DNA of 20,000 nucleotides from an uncultured virus (IMG/VR IMGVR_UViG_3300030109_004479). Taxonomy: Duplodnaviria > Heunggongvirae > Uroviricota > Caudoviricetes. The position numbers and the translations under genes are program-made. The notes under the pieces were generated by a model. That model saw nothing but the letters and a program-made list of their open reading frames with translations. It did not search any database and was not told the origin of the DNA. Location: positions 47,292 to 67,291 of IMG/VR virus record IMGVR_UViG_3300030109_004479. One strand, 5' to 3'. Positions 7,713 to 18,200 of the stretch are shown in pieces (the stretch's first letter is position 1; every line of letters begins with the position of its first letter).

Positions 7713-10700
7713 TGGCAAATGAAGAAGCTACTGTTTCACAGACGGTCAATACGGTTACCGTTACACCACCCGCAGCAAGCACATTAAGTGTAACTTCTGC
7801 GACAGGGGGTACTTTAACATCTCCTGAAAGCACATCTAGCTTAGTTGCGGTAACAGTTGCTCCATCTACAGCAAGTTTAACAATAGAGAGCAAATTAGCC
7901 CCTAAAGATAGCCCAATATTTACAGGCACTCCTACAGCACCGACAGCTTCTGCGGGAACTAATACGACTCAGATAGCGACTACTGCGTTTGTTAATAGTG
8001 CAATTACGCTAGAGAATACTCTAGCTGAGATGGATGATGTTAACTTCACATCTCTGGGAGATAATGAGATCATACAATATGATACCTTCTCTTCTAAATG
8101 GTTAAACCAAACTTTGTCTGAAGCAGGTATTGCTTCGACATCATCTTTATCTGCACACACCAGTGCAACGAATAATCCTCATAGTGTCACCGCTACTCAA
8201 GTCAACTTAGGAAATGTTACTAATGAGTCTAAGGGCACGATGTTTACGAGTCCTACATTTACAGGGACTCCGCTTGCACCTACTGCATCAGCAGCGACTA
8301 ACAGTACACAGATAGCAACAACTGCTTATGTTACTACTGCGGTTAGTAACCTAATAGACTCAGCCCCTGCTGCACTCGATACGCTTAATGAGTTAGCAGC
8401 AGCTTTGAATGACGATGCTTCGTTCTCGACAACAGTAACTAATTCGATAGCTTTAAAAGCACCTTTAGCAAGCCCTGCTCTTACAGGAACACCTACAGCA
8501 CCTACAGCTAACGCAGGTACAGACACTACACAGATAGCAACGACAGCTTTTGTAAATGCTGCGGTAGCTTTAGAGAACACTTTAGCTGAGATGGATGACG
8601 TTACGTTGGCATCTTTAGCTGACAATGAATTACTACAATACAATTCTTCTAATAGTAAATGGGAGAATAAAACGATATCAGAAGTAGGGTTAGCTTTAGC
8701 CTCTGATTTAAGCACACACATTGGGGCTACTAACCCACATAATATTACTTTATCTGGTCTTGGAGGACTCCCCCTCGCAGGTGGCACGATGACTGGCAGC
8801 ATCGTCTTGAATGATGATGTTAAAGCTATTTTTGGAACTAGCTCCGATGGTCTTGAGATTTATCACGATGGAAGTAATTCAATAATTAAAGATTCAGGCA
8901 CAGGAGTTTTAAATATACAAGGATCTACTCAGGTTAATATCGGGGGAGTTAATGGGCAAAATGGTGTTCAGTACATCGAAGGAGGTGCTGTAAGGTTGCG
9001 TCATAACAATGTTGTAAAACTAGATACAACATCTACTGGTGTAACAATAACTGGAGAGTTGGTAGCTACCTCTTTAGACATATCTAACGATGTTGATATT
9101 GATGGTACGACAAACTTAGATGCCGTTGATATTGATGGCAACGTACAACTGGATGGAACTCTCACTGTTGGAGTAGACGATACAGGCTACGATGTTAAAT
9201 TCTTCGGAGCTACTTCTGGCAGATATCTTCTTTGGGACGAGAGTGCAGACGCTTTAAGGCTAACTGACTGGACTCCATTATATCTTGGGGCAGGTAACGA
9301 TCTTCAGTTATATCACGACGGTACTAATAGTAATATAATTAATACCAATGGAGATCTTACTATTCAGAACTCCGCAGATGATAAGGATATTATCTTCCAA
9401 TGCGACGATGGTAGTGGAGGTATAGAAACCTATTTCTATTTGGATGGTTCAGCTTCTTCAGGAAATCCGATTACTAGATTTCCTGACGATAGTCGATTAA
9501 CCTTTGGAAACAGTGGTGATTTAAAAATTTACCACAATGGAACTGACTCATACATTTCTAACAATACAGGCAGTTTAATTATTGGTGCTTTTGGTGATGA
9601 TAAAGACATTATATTTAAATCTGATGATGGCAGTGGAGGCACAGAAGTTTATTTCCGTTTAGACGGCAGTCTTTCATCAGGAAACCCATTTACTGTTTTC
9701 CCTGATAATGCAAGATTAGCTTTAGGGACTAGTGCCGACATGACGGTTTTTCATAACGGCACAGATAATTATATTATTGGAAGCACTGGAGACATGTACG
9801 TCAGACAGAGTGCTAACGATAAAGATATAATTTTTGAGTGCGATGACGGAAGCGGTGGAGTAGAAACCTATTTCCGTTTAGATGGTTCTGCTTCAAGTGG
9901 TAACCCTATCACAAATTTCCCAGATAATTCTTTTTTATCTTTTGGTTCAAGTCATGATTTTAGTATTTACCATGATTCGACTAATACATACATCGCTAAT
10001 TCAACTAACGATTTATACATTCAAAATAATGCTGACAATGCGGATATTATATTCAGGAGTGATGATGGCAGTGGTGGTGTAGCAGAATACTTCCGTTTAG
10101 ACGGTGGTGATGAAACAATTATTTTTTCAAAAACCCTTGATGTTACTGGAAGTCAAAATATAAAGCTAACTGACAATGGTAGACTTAGACTCGGAAACAG
10201 TAATGATATAGACATATATCATGGGGGTGCTAATTCTTTTTTAATAAATAGCACGGGCGATTTAACTATCAGAAATGCTGCCGACGACAAAGATATTATA
10301 TTCCAAGCAGATGACGGTAGTGGTGGAAATGAAACCTATTTTTATTTAGATGGTTCCCTAAATTCTGGCAATTATCCGATAACAGTTTTTCCAGATGATT
10401 CTTCTTTATGTTTTGGCGACGGCAGAGATTTAGTTATAGCTCATAATGGAACTGACACCAATATTAATAATTATGTTGGGCATCTTAATATTATTAATAG
10501 AGCCGATGATAAAGACATTGTTTTTTATTCCGATGATGGCAGTGGAGGCACAGAAGTTTATTTCCGTTTAGATGGCTCTTTTTCTGGAGGTGACCCATAT
10601 ACAGTATTCCCAGACAATTCAAATTTAGTTTTAGGTACAGGAGGTGATTTACATTTTAATCACGATGGTACTAACTCATCTATAAAAAATCATACAGGAG

Positions 10701-13700
10701 ATCTTCAATTTATTCAGTACGCTGACGACAAGATGATCCGTTTCTATAACGATAACGGAAGTGGCGGTACTATAGAATATCTTAGAGTTGATGGTTCAGA
10801 GGAAAGAACAGTTTTTTCAAAAGATGCAAGGTTACTAGACGATGTTAAATTAAACTTTGGGGCAAGTTCAGATCTAAAGATCTACCACGACGGGAGTAAT
10901 TCATACATTCGAGACGAAAGCGGAACAGGTGATTTAATAATCAGCACAAATGCGTTCAGATTAAAATCGGCAAATAATGGCGAGACTATGATGACTGCCT
11001 TTGAGGATGGGGCTACTAATTTGTACCATAATAATGTACAAAAGTTTGAGACAACCTCCACAGGCATAGCAATTACAGGAGGTATAACAACAACAGGAGC
11101 TTCTACTTTATCCAGCACACTTACAGTTGGAGTGGATGACACAGGACACGACGTTAAATTTTTCGGGGCTACAAGCGGTTCCTATATGCTTTGGGATGAA
11201 AGCGCAGACAAGTTAATTTTAAACGAAGCTTCTCTACAAATTGTAGACGCTACCCCTAATATTCAGCTATATGATTCTGACACAGCTAATCAATTCAATA
11301 TAGATTTCAATGGTGCTGACGTTACGTTTAAAGCTGCTACACCCGATGGAGATATTCTTTTCCAAGCTGACGACAATAGTGGTGGGTTAGAAACCTACCT
11401 TTACTTTGACGGAGGTAATAATAATATAAAGTTTTTAAAAGACACTAATTGGGTAGATAATGAAAAAGCTTTATTTGGTACTGGCAGTGATTTAAGAATA
11501 TTTCATGATAGTGCTCACAGTTATATACAGAGCAACGGTACAGGTGACCTTTATATCCAGCAATATAATGATGACAAAGACATAGTCTTTCAAGCTGATA
11601 ATGGGTCTGGGGGTTTAGATACTTATATGTTGTTGGATGGAAGTGCCACAAACATAAAAGTAGTCAAAGATTTAAATGTTAGCGATTCAGCAAAATTAAC
11701 ATTGGGCGATGGTAGTGATCTAAAGATTTACCACGACGGGACTCATAGTTATATAGATAACAGTTCAACATTTCTTATTTTAGAAAGTGACAATATAATT
11801 TTAAGGAACAACGCAGGAGACGAAGACTACGCCAAATTTTTAGGTGATGGAGCCGTTGAGTTATATCACAACGACGTAAAGAAATTCGAGACAACTGCTG
11901 CTGGGGCAACTGTAACAGGAAACCTAACGGTATCAGCCGACCTCATTATCAATGGTACTACGACTACGGTTAACAGTACGACTGTCACGATTGACGATCC
12001 TGTATTCACCCTTGGTGGTGACAGCGCACCTTCAAGTGATGACAACAAAGATAGGGGTATCGAGTTCCGTTATCACAATGGTTCTGCTGCTAAGATAGGT
12101 TTCTTTGGGTGGGACGATAGTGCTTCTGTATTTACCTTTATTGCTGATGCCTCGCCATTATCGGAAGTTTACAGTGGATCTGCTGGCAATGTGGCGTTTG
12201 GCAATATAGCAGGAACTTTAACCACAGCAGCCCAAGGCAATATCACTTCGTTAGGTACACTCACTACTCTTACTGTAGATGATATAACTATTAATGGTTC
12301 TACTATTTCTGACGGAGGTGCTTTTTCATTAGACGTTGGAGCCGATATAACATTCGATGCAGGTGGTGGTGATATCATATTAAGCGATGATGGTACAATA
12401 GTTGGTACTCTCAGCATGAATCAGAATGGTGGGGACTTTGAGATAAGGTCAAGAGTATCTGATAAAGATTTAGTATTTAAAGGTAATGATGGAGGTTCAG
12501 AGATTACTGCACTTACCATTGATATGTCAGCAGGTGGCGACATTGTCGCTGTAGATAATAAAAAGTTCAAGGGAACAACTTATTCAAGCTCTTACATAAA
12601 GTTTGAAGATGATACAAAAGTAAGTGCAAATAGTGACATTATATTTGATGTTAATGGTTCTACGGAATTAATGCGTCTTGAAGAGGGAGGTAACGTAGGT
12701 ATAGGCACTACAAGCCCTGCAAGAACTTTATCAGTTGTAAGTGGTTCTGGAATTGTTTCTACATTCACAAGCTCAACATCAGAAGCTAAAATATTTTATA
12801 AAGCTAGTGGTACATCAGGAGATTACCATGTGGGTACAGGAGCTAGTGGGGACAACTTAATACTACTCGCAGGGACTTCGGAAAGGATGCGGGTTACTTC
12901 TAGTGGTAGCGTGGGTATAGGAACTACAAGCCCAGATGAAAAACTTCATGTATTAGGAGATATATTAATAGATGCTGGAAGCGTTAACACTAATACTGGA
13001 GAACTAGCATTTACAACCCAATACAATACAGCATTTATAAAATCAAGTTACACTGATCCCGCAAACATTACAGAAACCTATTTGGCTTTCCATGCGAATA
13101 CATCGGGGGCTGCTAATGGAACTGTAGCAGAGCAAATGAGAATAGCTGGCAGTAAAGTAGGTATAGGTACAACCTCTCCACTTTCAAGACTCGATGTACG
13201 AGGAACAGTTCAAGTAGGTGTCGATGACACAGGACACGATGTAAAATTCTATGGTGCTACGAGTGGTTCCTATATGCAATGGGATGAGAGTGCCGATAAA
13301 CTGATTTTAACTGAAAGCTCTTTGCAGGTTATTGCAGGGACTCCTAACATTCAGCTATATGACTCCAGTTCAACAGGTACTTTTGATATTACTCTGGACG
13401 GGGTTAACACCACTTTAAAGAATGGAGGGACTGACGGAGATTTAATTTTCAGTTCCGATAATGGTAGTGGGGGAGAGGAAACCTATTTCTTTTTAGATGG
13501 GTCATTGAATACTGACTCGACTCCAAAAACAGTATTCCCTGACCACTCTAAGTTACTTTTCGGTTCAGGTAATTTTGATCTTAGGATTTATCATGATGCC
13601 ACAGATTCTAGAATTGAAAACAATACTGGCGATTTATACATTATAAATTATACAGATGACAAGGATATTATATTCCAATCTGACGATGGGAGCGGTGGAA

Positions 13701-15202
13701 TAGAAACCTATTTCTACTTAGATGGTTCATTATCAAGTGGAGAGCCTAATACCGTATTTCCAGATAATTCACATTTGCGTTTCGGAACTGGTGCTGATTT
13801 AGACTTCGTACATGATGGGAGTAATACTTATATAAATAACTCTACTGGCGATTTATATATTACTAACAATGCTAACGACAAAGATATTATTTTCCGAAGC
13901 GATGATGGCTCTGGTGGAAATGAAACCTATTTCTATTTAGATGGGTCAGCTTCTTCTGGCAACCCTATTACAATATTTCCAGATAACTCTTATTTGCAGT
14001 TTGGAACTGGTATGGACTTAGGCATAGTCCATAATGGAACTAATGCCCTTATTTCAAACACAACTGGAAATATTAAGTTTACTAATTATGCTGATGATGC
14101 CGATATAAAGTTTGAATGCGATGATGGTAGTGGAGGTGTTACAGAATATTTCCGTGTAGATGGGGGCGCAACAAACATTCTTTTTAGTAAAGAGTTAAGG
14201 CTACTTGATGGCGTTCAGATCCAGTTGGGTACTAGCCTTGATATGTTATTTATGCACAATGGTGCAAATGGGGCTATTACAAATAATACAGGCAACCTTA
14301 TTATTAAAAATAACAATGATGACGGGGATATAATATTTGAATGTGATGACGGGTCAGGTGGTATAGCTGAATATTTCCGTTTAGATGGTGGGTTAGGTTA
14401 TTTATTTGTTAGCAAAACTTTAAACTTTGCTGACAATGTCCCTGCAACATTTGGCCCAGCAGGTGATTTAAATATTAGGCATGATGGAACCGACTCATCA
14501 ATTACTAATAACACAGGAGACTTATACGTTCGCAATACCGCAGACGACAAAGACATTATTTTCAAAGCGGATGCTGGTGGTACTGAAGCTGAGATCATGC
14601 GGATCGATGGCTCGACAGGTCGGGTTGGAATAGGCACTACAAGCCCAGCACAAAAGCTCCATGTAGAAGGAACGGCAAGAATTACTGGTCATACCGATAT
14701 AGCAAACTCAATAGACATATCAAACACTACAAGAATTTATACAAAGTTAGGTGTAGGTAATAGTAGTTGGGTTACTCCCACCGAAGCGTTAGAAGTTAGA
14801 GGAAATGCAAGGATAGGAAGCAGTACAACTAACGGACATTTAATTGGCAGAAAAGATTATTCAGTAACCCAAACCTTCTCAACTGGCTTAACAGTCACAC
14901 TGGCCGACCATACTGCTTGTCATGTAAAAGTATTCATATCAGGTGATTGGAGCAACCATAGTTCCTTTGCTTATGTCGGTGAGTTCTTTATACAGAACAC
15001 TGGCAATGTGGGATCGTACAATGAGCCAGGAATTATACTAACAGAACACGACAATTTAACTACTGATGGGATCTTATCACAAATCGTAGATGGGACAGGG
15101 GACAGTTTCACAATTCAATTTAGAGCAAACACTAGTAGTGCAACGTCAGTATCAGGAAGACTTTGTTATCACGTAATGGGAGACGCATCAGCAGTATCAT
15201 AA
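7712..15202 (+). CDS. Giant modular tail fibre protein 1 (2496 aa)
   Basis: It has classical fibre motifs: 3x SPx[FL]TGTPxAPTA...TQIATTA[FY]V, APAALDTLNELAAALNDD, NNPHSVTATQVNLGNVTN, LPLAGGTMTG and 4x VGIGTTSP. It also has 3x VGVDDTG.DVKF.GATSG and about 15 DDGSGG-type repeats, ending in a unique C-terminal domain of about 120 aa. Confidence 0.9.
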   Translation: MANEEATVSQTVNTVTVTPPAASTLSVTSATGGTLTSPESTSSLVAVTVAPSTASLTIESKLAPKDSPIFTGTPTAPTASAGTNTTQIATTAFVNSAITLENTLAEMDDVNFTSLGDNEIIQYDTFSSKWLNQTLSEAGIASTSSLSAHTSATNNPHSVTATQVNLGNVTNESKGTMFTSPTFTGTPLAPTASAATNSTQIATTAYVTTAVSNLIDSAPAALDTLNELAAALNDDASFSTTVTNSIALKAPLASPALTGTPTAPTANAGTDTTQIATTAFVNAAVALENTLAEMDDVTLASLADNELLQYNSSNSKWENKTISEVGLALASDLSTHIGATNPHNITLSGLGGLPLAGGTMTGSIVLNDDVKAIFGTSSDGLEIYHDGSNSIIKDSGTGVLNIQGSTQVNIGGVNGQNGVQYIEGGAVRLRHNNVVKLDTTSTGVTITGELVATSLDISNDVDIDGTTNLDAVDIDGNVQLDGTLTVGVDDTGYDVKFFGATSGRYLLWDESADALRLTDWTPLYLGAGNDLQLYHDGTNSNIINTNGDLTIQNSADDKDIIFQCDDGSGGIETYFYLDGSASSGNPITRFPDDSRLTFGNSGDLKIYHNGTDSYISNNTGSLIIGAFGDDKDIIFKSDDGSGGTEVYFRLDGSLSSGNPFTVFPDNARLALGTSADMTVFHNGTDNYIIGSTGDMYVRQSANDKDIIFECDDGSGGVETYFRLDGSASSGNPITNFPDNSFLSFGSSHDFSIYHDSTNTYIANSTNDLYIQNNADNADIIFRSDDGSGGVAEYFRLDGGDETIIFSKTLDVTGSQNIKLTDNGRLRLGNSNDIDIYHGGANSFLINSTGDLTIRNAADDKDIIFQADDGSGGNETYFYLDGSLNSGNYPITVFPDDSSLCFGDGRDLVIAHNGTDTNINNYVGHLNIINRADDKDIVFYSDDGSGGTEVYFRLDGSFSGGDPYTVFPDNSNLVLGTGGDLHFNHDGTNSSIKNHTGDLQFIQYADDKMIRFYNDNGSGGTIEYLRVDGSEERTVFSKDARLLDDVKLNFGASSDLKIYHDGSNSYIRDESGTGDLIISTNAFRLKSANNGETMMTAFEDGATNLYHNNVQKFETTSTGIAITGGITTTGASTLSSTLTVGVDDTGHDVKFFGATSGSYMLWDESADKLILNEASLQIVDATPNIQLYDSDTANQFNIDFNGADVTFKAATPDGDILFQADDNSGGLETYLYFDGGNNNIKFLKDTNWVDNEKALFGTGSDLRIFHDSAHSYIQSNGTGDLYIQQYNDDKDIVFQADNGSGGLDTYMLLDGSATNIKVVKDLNVSDSAKLTLGDGSDLKIYHDGTHSYIDNSSTFLILESDNIILRNNAGDEDYAKFLGDGAVELYHNDVKKFETTAAGATVTGNLTVSADLIINGTTTTVNSTTVTIDDPVFTLGGDSAPSSDDNKDRGIEFRYHNGSAAKIGFFGWDDSASVFTFIADASPLSEVYSGSAGNVAFGNIAGTLTTAAQGNITSLGTLTTLTVDDITINGSTISDGGAFSLDVGADITFDAGGGDIILSDDGTIVGTLSMNQNGGDFEIRSRVSDKDLVFKGNDGGSEITALTIDMSAGGDIVAVDNKKFKGTTYSSSYIKFEDDTKVSANSDIIFDVNGSTELMRLEEGGNVGIGTTSPARTLSVVSGSGIVSTFTSSTSEAKIFYKASGTSGDYHVGTGASGDNLILLAGTSERMRVTSSGSVGIGTTSPDEKLHVLGDILIDAGSVNTNTGELAFTTQYNTAFIKSSYTDPANITETYLAFHANTSGAANGTVAEQMRIAGSKVGIGTTSPLSRLDVRGTVQVGVDDTGHDVKFYGATSGSYMQWDESADKLILTESSLQVIAGTPNIQLYDSSSTGTFDITLDGVNTTLKNGGTDGDLIFSSDNGSGGEETYFFLDGSLNTDSTPKTVFPDHSKLLFGSGNFDLRIYHDATDSRIENNTGDLYIINYTDDKDIIFQSDDGSGGIETYFYLDGSLSSGEPNTVFPDNSHLRFGTGADLDFVHDGSNTYINNSTGDLYITNNANDKDIIFRSDDGSGGNETYFYLDGSASSGNPITIFPDNSYLQFGTGMDLGIVHNGTNALISNTTGNIKFTNYADDADIKFECDDGSGGVTEYFRVDGGATNILFSKELRLLDGVQIQLGTSLDMLFMHNGANGAITNNTGNLIIKNNNDDGDIIFECDDGSGGIAEYFRLDGGLGYLFVSKTLNFADNVPATFGPAGDLNIRHDGTDSSITNNTGDLYVRNTADDKDIIFKADAGGTEAEIMRIDGSTGRVGIGTTSPAQKLHVEGTARITGHTDIANSIDISNTTRIYTKLGVGNSSWVTPTEALEVRGNARIGSSTTNGHLIGRKDYSVTQTFSTGLTVTLADHTACHVKVFISGDWSNHSSFAYVGEFFIQNTGNVGSYNEPGIILTEHDNLTTDGILSQIVDGTGDSFTIQFRANTSSATSVSGRLCYHVMGDASAVS
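7898..8748 (+). repeat. N-terminal fibre duplication: two ~97-aa copies (starts 7898 and 8459) around a third TGTP motif
   Basis: APKDSPIFTGTPTAPTASAGTNTTQIATTAFVNSAITLENTLAEMDDV...KWLNQTLSE...NNPHSVT aligns with APLASPALTGTPTAPTANAGTDTTQIATTAFVNAAVALENTLAEMDDV...KWENKTISE...TNPHNIT. The offset is 561 nt. Confidence 0.9.
9290..10861 (+). repeat. DDGSGG repeat array 1 (7 tandem units) in fibre 1
   Basis: D[DN]GSGG cores begin at 9404, 9623, 9842, 10061, 10310, 10532 and 10751. Spacings are 219, 219, 219, 249, 222 and 219 nt. Confidence 0.95.
11340..11707 (+). repeat. DDGSGG repeat array 2 (one partial plus one full unit) in fibre 1
   Basis: Cores DDNSGG at 11369 and DNGSGG at 11597, spacing 228 nt. 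Confidence 0.85.
13430..14617 (+). repeat. DDGSGG repeat array 3 (5 units plus one degenerate) in fibre 1
   Basis: Cores at 13457, 13682, 13901, 14120, 14345 and a degenerate DAGG at 14570. Spacings are 225, 219, 219, 225 and 225 nt. Confidence 0.92.
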
Positions 15203-15203
15203 A

Positions 15204-18200
15204 ATGGCAGACCAAACTATACCAACAATTAAAAATTTAAGAGGCAATATCGGAATCGGTACTGCGAGTCCAGCAGAAAAACTTCATGTTGATAGTGGCA
15301 ACATTCAACTTACTAATGGCAACTACATAATCTTTGATGGGCCTACACCAAAGCAAACTAAAATGCGTTCTTACTATGATGGTAGTTCAACGCATTTAGC
15401 AATGACTGTTGCTAACACATCTATTTTAGATTTAAAGGCTGATGGACTAGTTACATTTTCTGGCACTGGTGGTGGTGCATTAACCATTGGTTCTCATATA
15501 GATTTGGGGGACAGTCAAAAAGTAAGGCTTGGTGCTTCAGATGATCTACAGATCTACCACGATGGAACCCATAGTTATATAACCAATAATGTAACTGGTA
15601 GTCTTTATATACAGTCAGGAAATTCAATACAATTAGAAAGCTCCACTGGAGAAAATATGCTTGTAGCAACTGCAAATGGTGCGGTTGAATTATACCACAA
15701 CAACTCCAAGAAGTTCGAGACAACCACAGATGGAATCGCACTTCACGGTAATGGCTATATTGATTTACCTGATAACGGACGAGCTAGATTTGGGGCAGGT
15801 TATGATTTAGCAATTTATCACAGTGGTTCTCATAGTTACATAAAAGATGAAGGCACTGGAGGACTTTATCTCCAAACAAACGGCCCTGCTATTTACTTCC
15901 AAGATACTGATGGAAATCCTATGGCTCAGTTTACTGATGGTGGTCATTGTTTCTTAATGTCTGAAGGAACTACTAGGTTCCAGACATCTGCAACAGGAGC
16001 CACTATAACTGGCGACTTAACAGTTACAGGCGGTCTAACCATCAATGGCACAACGACAACCATAGACACTACTAATTTATTAGTTGAGGATAAGAACATT
16101 GTCATAGGCAATGTAGACACCCCATCTGACACAACGGCTGATGGTGGTGGTATTACCCTGAAAGGTGCTAGTGATTATACTATTGCATGGAGCAATTCAA
16201 CAGATTACTGGACATTTAACCAAGGCATTGAAATTGATGTAGGCAGTACAAATGCCAAAGGAATAAAAATTGGCAACGATAGTTATGATGCCTCAATCAT
16301 TCCAACTAGTCTTGGAGGTGTTGCTATATCATCTAGTGATCCATTTTTGTTTTATATAAATAGCGCAGTCAGGGCAACATTTACAACTGATGGTAAATTA
16401 AATTTTCCAGATAATGGTCGAGTAAGTTTAGGATCTGCAAATGATTTAGAGTTATGGCACTCTGGCAGTCATAGCTATGTAAGTAATAATGTTGGTGATT
16501 TGTTTATTTATAATAACACTAACGACGGTAATATTACATTTTATAGCGACGACGGTTCTGGAGGTGTTACAGAATATTTCCGTGTAGATGGAGGAGCTAA
16601 TCAAAATGTTTTCCCAGTAAGTGTTTTATTAAATGATGGTGTTTACTTACACATGGGCACGGGTTCTGATCTACAAATTTGGCATGATGCCACTAACTCT
16701 AACATTCAGAATAACACTGGTGATTTTTACATAACTAACACAGCGGATAACAAAGATATAATTTTTCAATGTGACGACACGTCTGGAGGAACAACTCCAT
16801 ACTTCCGTTTAGATGGAGATTCTGGATACACTAAGGCGCATAAAGAAATCCGTATGGATGATTCAATACCACTTCGTATTGGAACAGGTGGTGATGCTCG
16901 TTTCATGCACGATGGTAACAATACCTATCTAGATAATTACACAGGCGACTTTTATATTCGCCAAGCTACTGACGACAAAGACCTCATCTTCCAATGCGAC
17001 GATGGTAGTGGGGGTAATGCAACCTATTTCTTCTGTGACGGATCTCTTGCTGGAAGCACTAACTGGACAGTCTTCCCCGATAATTCAATTATAGCTATTG
17101 GATCTGGTTTAGATTTAAGGATATACCATGATGGAACACAATCTTGGGTTTATAATACAGTTGGCGATCTCAAGATAGCGAATGGCGCAGATGATAAGGA
17201 CATTATCTTCCAATGTGACGATGGTAGTGGAAGCTTTGAAACCTATTTCTTTTTAGATGGATCTAAATCTACAGGAGATCCATATACAATCTTCCCAAAC
17301 AATTCTTTCTTAGGTTTTGGAGATTCTGGAAACTTACTCATAAGGCACACTGGTCTAGGGGCTAGTATACAAAACAATGGTGGGGATATTTCCATCACAC
17401 AAAACACTAATGATGGTGATATAAGGTTTTATTGTGATGATGGCTCTGGCGGAACGGCAGAATATTTCCGTGTTGATGGGGGCGCAGAACTAACCTATTT
17501 TTCAAAATCAATTAGATTTGCCGACGGTATTCAATCGGGTTTTGGTGCTGATAATGACCTTGTTATTTACCACAACACTAGTGGTGATTCCGTTATAGAT
17601 AACTTTACTGGAGATCTTTATATTTCAAATAAAGCAGATGATAAAGATATTGTTTTCAGAAGTGATGACGGTAGTGGGGGTTATGAAACCTACTTCTTTT
17701 TAGATGGTTCCTATGGTTCCAGTGGTTATACATGGACTGTATTTCCTGATCAATCAGTTGCAGCTTTTGGAGATTCTAAAGACCTAAGAATTTATCACGC
17801 ATCCAATTCATACATTTACAACACTGTTGGAGATTTACAAATAATAAATGGTGCAGACGACAAAGATATTACTTTTCAATGCGATGATGGTAGTGGAGGA
17901 TATGAAACCTACTTCTTTTTAGATGGGTCAGTTTCAAGTGGCAACCCATATACAACCTTTCCTGACAATTCGAGACTTACATTTGGCAGTAGTCGTGACC
18001 TACAAATTATGCACAACGGTACAAATACCGTTGTTGAAAATTTAACAGGGAATTTAAGTTTTATAAATTACGCTGACGACAAGGATATAGTTTTCCAATC
18101 TGATGATGGTAGCGGTGGAGTTACCGCTTACTTAACAATAGATGGCTCTGGAGGTTATATGTGGGCTTCCAAGAGTCTTCTTTTTGCTGACAATATTTCA

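Larger units (their letters stand above)
9164..13365 (+). repeat. Dispersed VGVDDTG module, 3 copies (about 9164, 11123, 13211)
   Basis: VGVDDTG[YH]DVKF[FY]GATSG.Y..WDESAD. Copies 2 and 3 extend into KLIL.E.SLQ....TPNIQLYDS. Confidence 0.9.

Noticed and set aside
15195..15210. Programmed frameshift or readthrough joining fibre 1 and fibre 2
   Set aside because: The genes are in different frames (TAA-A-ATG), there is no slippery heptamer before the stop, and the junction matches the ordinary stop-start coupling used elsewhere in the operon.
215..16132. Short minus-strand ORFs in the track (215-454, 4475-4693, 7705-7929, 7969-8160, 8326-8802, 10882-11142, 11445-11651, 11866-12048, 12169-12417, 14398-14637, 15451-15741, 15944-16132) and plus-strand 9882-10082
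   Set aside because: All overlap long, motif-supported plus-strand genes and read as antisense or alternate-frame shadows with no recognisable motifs.
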